NCBI GenBank assembly: GCA_965223505.1
Contig: CBDCWP010000013.1
Coordinates: 128,001-192,000 of the forward strand
Direction of reading: 5' to 3'
Source: Planctomycetota bacterium
GTDB lineage: Bacteria > Planctomycetota > PLA2 > JAEUHO01
Length of the DNA: 64,000 nt
Shown here: positions 57,589 to 64,000 of the stretch, in pieces
Layout: each line of letters begins with the position of its first letter
Position numbering within the stretch: position 1 is the first letter of the stretch
Translations under genes and position numbers: made by a program
The notes under the pieces: generated by a model
Told to the model about the DNA's origin: nothing
Databases searched by the model: none
Seen by the model: only the letters and a program-made list of their open reading frames with translations

Positions 57589-57622
57589 TTTTGTTTTGAG
57601 AATAAAATCGTTCAATTCGAGA
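57589..57622. promoter_or_regulatory. Tandem putative UAS pair, 21-bp period
   Basis: TTTTGTTTTGAGA (57589) and GTTCAATTCGAGA (57610). Confidence 0.62.
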
Positions 57623-57703
57623 GACTCCACCTCTGAGGATTTAATAGCCAACTATCGCCAGGATATTTCAATGATATTGTGAAACAATACGAGAGGGCAC
57701 AAT

Positions 57704-57717
57704 GGTATAAAACTTGC
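57704..57717 (+). promoter_or_regulatory. sigma-54 promoter for DUF533-YihY
   Basis: ATGGTATAAAACTTGCT. Confidence 0.75.
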
Positions 57718-57906
57718 TCGGTTTCAGTTTGAAATTTTATCCACTGCGTGAAGATGCTCTCGATATCTTCAACACCCAATCTGGAACCCTGGCGTTTGTC
57801 ATGGTAGTCGTCGGACGCCGAACGGTGATGGACATCAGGACATCACATGAGTGAATTCATAAACCGAGAACCACATGTCCTGACCATTAAAGAAGGGAAA
57901 AACCGC

Positions 57907-58491
57907 ATGTTTGATGCTAAACGGTTGCTATTTAGTCTCTTGCGCAGCAGCATGACCGGCTCGCGGTCCCACCGTGCTCGCCATGGATTTGGCCGATCGA
58001 GTATGGGTAGTATGGCCGGAGGGTTGCTCGGCAGCCTTGCGATGACCGCTGTGCAAAGCTATATGAACCGGCAGCAGTCGTCCTCGAGTCCTGCGCCGAC
58101 TGAACAACCCGTCGAATCTGCATCCACAGAGGAAAATGAGGCGGCGCAAGCCCTCGTGCAGGTGATGATCGCGGCGGCGAAAGCAGATGGCGAGGTCTCC
58201 TCTGAGGAACGGCGGCGCATTCTCGATGAAGTCGCGCAAGCTGGCGCTGATGAAGAAGAGCGCGCTTTTCTGCAACGCGAGTTAGACCAGCCAATCGAGC
58301 TTGACGCCGTGCTCAATCGCGTCCGCGACTTGAAGATAGAGGAAGAAGCTTACACGGCTTCATTGCTCGCCATTGAGGTCGACACCCCGGCAGAACAGCA
58401 ATACCTTGCCTACCTGGCGACGCGGCTCAACCTGCCTGCCGAGACGGTGGCGCAGCTTCACGAACGCTTTGACGCCCCACAGCCGCTTTAA
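57907..58491 (+). CDS. DUF533 (YebE/TerB-like) protein
   Basis: MIAAAKADG-x-V-x3-ER-x2-I...Y-x-ASLLAI-x-VDT-x-AE-x2-YL-x2-LA-x2-L. Confidence 0.9.
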   Translation: MFDAKRLLFSLLRSSMTGSRSHRARHGFGRSSMGSMAGGLLGSLAMTAVQSYMNRQQSSSSPAPTEQPVESASTEENEAAQALVQVMIAAAKADGEVSSEERRRILDEVAQAGADEEERAFLQRELDQPIELDAVLNRVRDLKIEEEAYTASLLAIEVDTPAEQQYLAYLATRLNLPAETVAQLHERFDAPQPL

Positions 58492-58570
58492 TCGCGTCTG
58501 GCAAGCAATCCATAAAAAAGTGACACCAACCGGTTGCGCGTATCCGACGCGCAGCCTCACAAGGAGGAAT

Positions 58571-59551
58571 ATGATGGCGGACGCAGCTCACCAGGTAGAA
58601 AACCGAGAGAACGGGCGTGGCCGCGGCGCGGTCGCACCAAGCGAGATTCCACGTTCAGGGTGGCGTGATATCGCCCTGCGAGTCAAAAATGAAATCAGTA
58701 AAGACAACATTGATATGGTCGCGGCCGGGGTGGCGTTGTATGCCCTGATGGCTATTTTCCCAGCCCTCATCGCGCTAATTTCTCTATATGGTTGGTTCGC
58801 GGATCCGATGCAGGTGGAGCAACATCTATCCACATTCACAAGCGTCATGCCGCAAAACGTGCAATCTCTGTTGGCGACGCAAATGGAAAACATCGCCAGC
58901 GGCGCAGAGAGTTCACTGGGGATTGGGGCGATTGCGGGATTTCTGTTCACCCTTTGGAGCGCCTCCAAAGGGATGAAAGCGCTATTTGCGGCCATGAATA
59001 TCGCCTATGATGAGAGAGAAAAGCGCGGTTTTATTACCCTCAATGCGCTCGCGCTTCTTTTCACCCTGGGAGCGCTCATCTTCGGCATCGTCGCCCTGTT
59101 GCTCATCGCGATTCTCCCGGCCTTGCTGGGTCATTTAGGACTTGAGTCGATTGCGCGCGTGGCCGTTTCATTACTGCGCTGGCCGCTGCTAGCCGTCGCT
59201 GTCATAGTGGCCCTGGGCGTGTTGTATCGCTATGGCCCCAGCCGCAGCAACCCACAATGGACCTGGGTGAGTTGGGGCGCGGTCATCGCCACCGTTTTGT
59301 GGCTCATGACGTCGATTCTGTTTTCCGTCTATGTGGCTAACTTCGGCAGCTATAATGAAACCTATGGCTCGCTCGGCGCGGTGGTGGTGTTCCTCATGTG
59401 GCTCTATCTCTCGGCCTATATCGTTTTGATAGGCGCCGAATTCAATTCGGAGATGGAGCATCAGACCCTACAGGATACGACGAGCGGCGAAGAACAGCCG
59501 ATGGGACAACGCGGCGCCCAAAAAGCGGATACGATCGGAGAAATTCCTTAA
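58571..59551 (+). CDS. YihY/virulence factor BrkB family protein
   Basis: GRGA-x2-PSEIP-x2-GW; AAGVALY; NFGSYNETYGSLG; GAEFNSE; RBS AAGGAGG. Confidence 0.94.
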   Translation: MMADAAHQVENRENGRGRGAVAPSEIPRSGWRDIALRVKNEISKDNIDMVAAGVALYALMAIFPALIALISLYGWFADPMQVEQHLSTFTSVMPQNVQSLLATQMENIASGAESSLGIGAIAGFLFTLWSASKGMKALFAAMNIAYDEREKRGFITLNALALLFTLGALIFGIVALLLIAILPALLGHLGLESIARVAVSLLRWPLLAVAVIVALGVLYRYGPSRSNPQWTWVSWGAVIATVLWLMTSILFSVYVANFGSYNETYGSLGAVVVFLMWLYLSAYIVLIGAEFNSEMEHQTLQDTTSGEEQPMGQRGAQKADTIGEIP

Positions 59552-59561
59552 GGAAACAGTT

Positions 59562-59575
59562 GGCACGCTTTTTGC
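59562..59575 (+). promoter_or_regulatory. sigma-54 promoter for sigma-70-family factor
   Basis: TTGGCACGCTTTTTGCT, perfect consensus. Confidence 0.88.
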
Positions 59576-59618
59576 TTATTATGCCAAGAAGCGAGTTAGC
59601 TCGCATGAAAAGGGCCTT

Positions 59619-61157
59619 ATGCGTCGGCGCTTCTATTGCAAAAGGAAACACCGCGTATCAGTTTGTTCCACATGGAGGTTGGAGGCGCTCGTGTTGTCTT
59701 TATCTCATCGCATCGTTGAAGATGAACCATTCCTCGGGTCTTGGCGAACAGCTCCCCCCGCTGTCGCTCAGGCAGATCATTCTCAGTGGACAGCCGCTCA
59801 CGCCGGTGTTGGAGCCGAGGCGCATCGTCCCTCAGGGTCGGCGGGGTTCGAGGCGAAGGATCACCGCACGAACGAAATGCTTGCCCGCTATCTGGAAGAC
59901 GTTAGCCAATACCCTCTGCTAAGCTCGGCGGAGGAACAAGCTGTATGGCGGCGGGTGACGCACTGGCAAGAGCGTTGGCGACGCGCCATCTTCCTTTCGC
60001 CGGTTGCGTTGCCAACGCTAATCACGCTGTGGCGTCAGGCGCAACGCGGCGACATACCACTCGAACGTCTTCTTCAATTGTCCCCATCCGCCTCGTCTCA
60101 ACCAGATGGGGACATCAATCAGCTCGACGCGTGCGTGTCGCATTTGCGCGCCCTCTCGACCCGTCTGCAGGGCCTGACCCGCCAGGGTCAGACAGGCATC
60201 GGTTCGCCTTGCGAGCAACATGAGAGCCGGAGACGCCGTCGACAACTCTGGCGCGAATGGCTGGCGTTCTGGAATGACATGCCACTTGCCTCTGAGGCGC
60301 TCGACACGATGGCCCAAGCCCTCCAGAACGCCGTGCGCAGACAGTCTGAATGCCCGGCTCTACGCGCAGCTCACTGCGCGTTGGTACGCGCCGACCGGGA
60401 AACCGAGCAAGCCAAAACGCAAATGCTTTTGTCCAACCTGCGTTTGGTCGTCTATATGGCTAAGCGGCGCCGCAGTTCCCATCTCGCCTTGCTTGACCTG
60501 ATCCAAGAGGGCAACGCTGGGCTCATGCGGGCGCTAAAGCGTTTTGATCCTCATCGCGGCGCGAAGTTTTCGACCTATGCGTGTTGGTGGATTCGCCAAG
60601 CGATCGACCGAGCCTTGGTGAACCAAGATGAGACGATCCGCGTGCCTAATCATGTGATCGAACGCAAAAAAAAGTTGCAGGCCGCGGTCGCCGCATTTCG
60701 CCAGCGGCATCGGCGTGCGCCCACCGATCAGGAATTGAGCGCGGCGCTCGCCTGGCCGCTGCATGTGGTCGAACGAACCCACCAGACGCAGCATCCTGTC
60801 CGCTGGTTACACGAAGGTAATGACGATGGCGATCTCAGGTTCGACGATATCGCGCCAGATGCCCAACGTTTACCGCCCGACGAAGAAATCGCTCGTCTCC
60901 AGTTGCAACAATGCCTTGAGACCTCCCTTGACGCCTTGCCGAAGCGCGATGCGCAAGTCCTGCGGTTGCGCTTTGGGTTAGAGACCGACTGCGCGTACAC
61001 TTTAAAAGAGATCGGTGAGCAAATGGGGCTCAGTCGTGAGCGCATCCGCCAAATTGAAAAAGGCGCTCTCCAGAAGTTGCGGCGTTCGGCAGTAGGCGCC
61101 TCACTCGCTGAGGCGGCGGGTCTTGCTAAGACATATGGATCGATGTCCGAAACCTAG
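59619..61157 (+). CDS. RpoD/RpoS-family sigma-70 factor lacking region 1.1 (start possibly GTG 59691)
   Basis: Region 1.2 YLEDVSQYPLLS; region 2 NLRLVV...DLIQEGN-x-GLMRA...RG-x-KFSTYA-x-WWIRQAI; region 4 TLKEIG-x4-LSRERIRQIE. Confidence 0.9.
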   Translation: MRRRFYCKRKHRVSVCSTWRLEALVLSLSHRIVEDEPFLGSWRTAPPAVAQADHSQWTAAHAGVGAEAHRPSGSAGFEAKDHRTNEMLARYLEDVSQYPLLSSAEEQAVWRRVTHWQERWRRAIFLSPVALPTLITLWRQAQRGDIPLERLLQLSPSASSQPDGDINQLDACVSHLRALSTRLQGLTRQGQTGIGSPCEQHESRRRRRQLWREWLAFWNDMPLASEALDTMAQALQNAVRRQSECPALRAAHCALVRADRETEQAKTQMLLSNLRLVVYMAKRRRSSHLALLDLIQEGNAGLMRALKRFDPHRGAKFSTYACWWIRQAIDRALVNQDETIRVPNHVIERKKKLQAAVAAFRQRHRRAPTDQELSAALAWPLHVVERTHQTQHPVRWLHEGNDDGDLRFDDIAPDAQRLPPDEEIARLQLQQCLETSLDALPKRDAQVLRLRFGLETDCAYTLKEIGEQMGLSRERIRQIEKGALQKLRRSAVGASLAEAAGLAKTYGSMSET

Positions 61158-61248
61158 CGTGAGATACTGTCAACATTTCCCAAAAGCCTCAGACTATTGT
61201 CGAGGCGATTAAACGCGAAACCCCTGGCTTAGAATTAGCATTTGCTTC

Positions 61249-63999
61249 TCATGACAGACGCTGTAACGTTTGCTGAACAAGCCCCCGGATATCGGCTGCC
61301 CGAAACGGCTTGGCCAGATAGGGCGCACGACACTCATCGAGAAACGTTTTTGCCTCTGGACTCATGGTGTCGCCAGTCAAAAAGATAAAGTGTTGTTGTA
61401 GATGCGGATGTTCGCAGGCTAAGGTCCGGTAGAGAGTAGGGCCATCAAGCTCCGGCATTCGGAGGTCGCACAAGATGAGATCATAAGAACGCGCCCGTAG
61501 CTTGTCGAGGGCCTCACGGCCATTCGAGGCCGTATCGAGGGTGTGGCCGTCGCGTTGAAACACGCGAACTAACGCTTTGGTCGTACCGACTTCATCATCG
61601 ACGATGAGAAGGTCTTTGCCGCTAATTGGCGAGTCGATGTCGGGCGCCGTCGCCTCGACCGTGGCGGCGGGGATCTCCGTGACGGGAAGCTCGACGCGAA
61701 AAACGGCGCCCTGTTCCGTTTCGCTCTCGACATGCAGTTGACCGCCGTGGCTCTCGATAATTCCCTGACACAGCGGGAGGCCTAAGCCGGTGCCGACGCC
61801 AGGCGGCTTGGTCGTGAAAAACGGTTCGAGGATCCGTTCCAGCACCTCGGGGGGGATCCCTGGACCATTGTCGGCTACCTCGACAATCACCTGATCGGGA
61901 GTCGCCTCGAACCGGGTTGTCATCGTGATCCGGCGCGGCGGCGGGCTGTCGTGTAGGGCTTGCAGCGCATTGGTGATCAGATTGATAACGACCTGATGGA
62001 GTTGATGCGGGTCGGCCCAAAGCAAAGGAAGGTCGGCGCACAGCTTGCGTTCCACCTCAATATCATCGAGCTGCAGGGTGTACGTCAGCACCTGCATCGC
62101 GTCTTCAATAATCTCGTTGATGTTGACCGCCGTCTTCTCCGGTAGGTCTTGCCGCGCGAGGGTGAGAAAATGACGCACCAGCCGCACACAACGCGCTGCG
62201 GCCTGGCTAATGTCCGCGACAAGACCCGAGAGTTCCTCGTCAACGCTTTCTTCATGTAATAGATCCGCCTGCACCGTGATGGCGGTAAGGGGGTTGTTGA
62301 GTTCGTGCGCCACGTTAGCCAGCAAACCACTCATGGCCGCCAGTTTTTCGCTTTGATACAAGGCTTCCTGTTGGCGCCTCAGAGTTTCTTCCGCTCGCTG
62401 GCGTTCGCGGATTTCCTCATGCAACGCCGTGTTACTCTGAAGCAATAACACCGATTGACGTTGCCGCTCTGCAATGTATTGCGCATTGACGATCGCGATA
62501 GTCGCCTGACTGGCAAAGAGGGCAAGCAACTGGCTGTCCGCCTCACTAAACATGTGATGATGGGGCGGGCTGTCAAGAAGAATGACGCCTACCAAGCGAC
62601 TTTTGTAGAGCAGCGGTTCGGCGATCAAAGCCCTCGCGCCAAGGTATTTGAGAAAGGCGTGGGTCATGTACGGCGAATGCCGATAATCGTCAACCCGAAG
62701 TCCCTTCCGGCGTTGGGCGACCACTCCGGCCGCGCCTTCTCCCAGCGCCAGGTTGACGTTTTGCATCCAGGGGCCTCGTCCGCGCCAGACTCTTGGCGCG
62801 AGCCGCTCCGTCTCTTCGTCCCACTGGAAGATGACTCCCGACTGCGCTTCGGGCAGCACTTCCATCGCCCGTTCGATCATTAAGGGCAACAAGGTGGGCA
62901 GGTCGAGTTCGCGCGTCAGTTCGGCGCCCATGGCGCGGAGAACCTCCAGTTGCTCAAGCCGGCGCGATAGGCTGGCTTCAGCGTGCTCGCGCTCCGTGAT
63001 TTCATGGGTTAAAGCCTGATTGGCGGCGCTGAGCTGAATGGCTCGTTGCTGCGTGGTTTGCACAAAGTAGGCCAGCGACGCGAGGAGGAGGGCGGTCGCA
63101 AGGCCGATGAGCAATATCAGGGCAGGCAATGCTGACAGCGTTTCCTTCAACAACTCCGGCGCCGGCCAGATACGCATGCGCCATGTGACGCCAGGCGGCT
63201 CCAGGCTAACGTTCCGCCCCCATGCGCTGCGAAATAGCGTTTGGTTATCGCGATAGCCATAGAGCGTCTCATCCCCGTCTGAGAGGGACCAGGCCAAGTC
63301 AGGCGCATGGATGGTTGCGACCTGGTGCAGAAGGGATTGTATTTGATACCAACTGATGAGAAAGCCGCCAAAACCGGCTTGTCGCATAAGGGGGACAATG
63401 ATCTGGAGTCCACCGGGCTGTATGCCTGCAAGCGCGTGCGCGACCGTGACTTCGCCGCTGTGGCGCGCCGAGTCGAGGATACGGCGCTGTCGGGGCGTGG
63501 CGGCAAGGGATTGGCCTTCGACGCCTTGGTCCTCTTCGCGAGTTTGGAGCCAACGAATGCGCCACTCAGGATCGACCCACAGGATCGCTTGTAGATAGGG
63601 GTCACGCTGCTGATAACGCATCACATCTTTTTCCCAGACGTCCCCATATGGCGATTCTATCGATTCCCAGAGGGCCGTTAGGTACACCAGTTCCTGGATG
63701 CGAGAATTGACCTGCGCGACGATTTCTGCTTGTAACTTGGTTGCGCCCTGGTCAACTGTTTTGCGAATGATCGCGTGCTCGTTCGCCAACAGCGCCTGCC
63801 AGAGACACAGGGTGAGGGCGATGACGCCGACGCCCGCGATGACGGGAAGGCGAGGCGCGGTCGCCGTTGCCTCAGCGCGATACCGGCGCCAGATATACGC
63901 GATGACGCCGAGGCTTAAAACGATAAACCCGACCGCGGTATGGACCGCCATATCGGTAAACAGCTGCCAACTGTAAGCGGACTGCCAACCTGTTAAATA
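61249..63999 (-). CDS. Membrane hybrid sensor kinase (periplasmic sensor-GAF-HisKA-HATPase-REC), 5' end beyond window
   Basis: [38 protein letters not shown]...DLRMP; frame open to window end. Confidence 0.93.
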   Translation of the reverse strand, partial: YLTGWQSAYSWQLFTDMAVHTAVGFIVLSLGVIAYIWRRYRAEATATAPRLPVIAGVGVIALTLCLWQALLANEHAIIRKTVDQGATKLQAEIVAQVNSRIQELVYLTALWESIESPYGDVWEKDVMRYQQRDPYLQAILWVDPEWRIRWLQTREEDQGVEGQSLAATPRQRRILDSARHSGEVTVAHALAGIQPGGLQIIVPLMRQAGFGGFLISWYQIQSLLHQVATIHAPDLAWSLSDGDETLYGYRDNQTLFRSAWGRNVSLEPPGVTWRMRIWPAPELLKETLSALPALILLIGLATALLLASLAYFVQTTQQRAIQLSAANQALTHEITEREHAEASLSRRLEQLEVLRAMGAELTRELDLPTLLPLMIERAMEVLPEAQSGVIFQWDEETERLAPRVWRGRGPWMQNVNLALGEGAAGVVAQRRKGLRVDDYRHSPYMTHAFLKYLGARALIAEPLLYKSRLVGVILLDSPPHHHMFSEADSQLLALFASQATIAIVNAQYIAERQRQSVLLLQSNTALHEEIRERQRAEETLRRQQEALYQSEKLAAMSGLLANVAHELNNPLTAITVQADLLHEESVDEELSGLVADISQAAARCVRLVRHFLTLARQDLPEKTAVNINEIIEDAMQVLTYTLQLDDIEVERKLCADLPLLWADPHQLHQVVINLITNALQALHDSPPPRRITMTTRFEATPDQVIVEVADNGPGIPPEVLERILEPFFTTKPPGVGTGLGLPLCQGIIESHGGQLHVESETEQGAVFRVELPVTEIPAATVEATAPDIDSPISGKDLLIVDDEVGTTKALVRVFQRDGHTLDTASNGREALDKLRARSYDLILCDLRMPELDGPTLYRTLACEHPHLQQHFIFLTGDTMSPEAKTFLDECRAPYLAKPFRAADIRGLVQQTLQRLS

Positions 64000-64000
64000 G

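Noticed and set aside
1..64000. CRISPR array, rRNA/tRNA, prophage, intact transposase or integrase
   Set aside because: No regularly spaced repeats or hallmark genes seen; the holin-like genes belong to a non-phage stress gene trio

Overview
GC-rich bacterial window (lineage not determinable from sequence alone; gene style is compatible with a large-genome environmental bacterium) that is almost entirely one ~60 kb general-stress/dormancy-type gene cluster: BON/OsmY lipoproteins, CsbD, DUF1328, DUF883, lmo0937-family, YqaE/Pmp3, three PRC-barrel proteins, two YihY, two AI-2E, two MscS, DUF1206, DUF4112, DUF3618/holin-like trio, DUF533, USP, catalase, TreS-like glycosidase, SDR, semialdehyde dehydrogenase, an alternative cytochrome c oxidase operon, and an SmtA-type metallothionein missed by the ORF track. 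The most striking signal is regulatory. I count 25 intergenic sigma-54 -24/-12 motifs (GG-N10-GC, consensus TGGYAY-N5-TTGC), each pointing into a transcription unit, with 10 divergent pairs. They are accompanied by a recurrent tandem palindrome (consensus TCTCA-N3-TGAGA, two copies 21 bp apart in 8 loci). The cluster encodes its own NtrC-family enhancer-binding protein (downstream of one such promoter), several histidine kinases, and a sigma-70-family factor behind a near-perfect sigma-54 promoter. This suggests a sigma-54/bEBP-wired general stress regulon, whereas these gene families are classically under RpoS, SigB or EcfG. The cluster also shows deletion-driven decay (fragments of zwf, ppsA, a PhoD-like gene, a ZIP transporter, a hybrid kinase and a Cys-rich secreted protein). 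All calls come from reading the sequence; no database searches were run.
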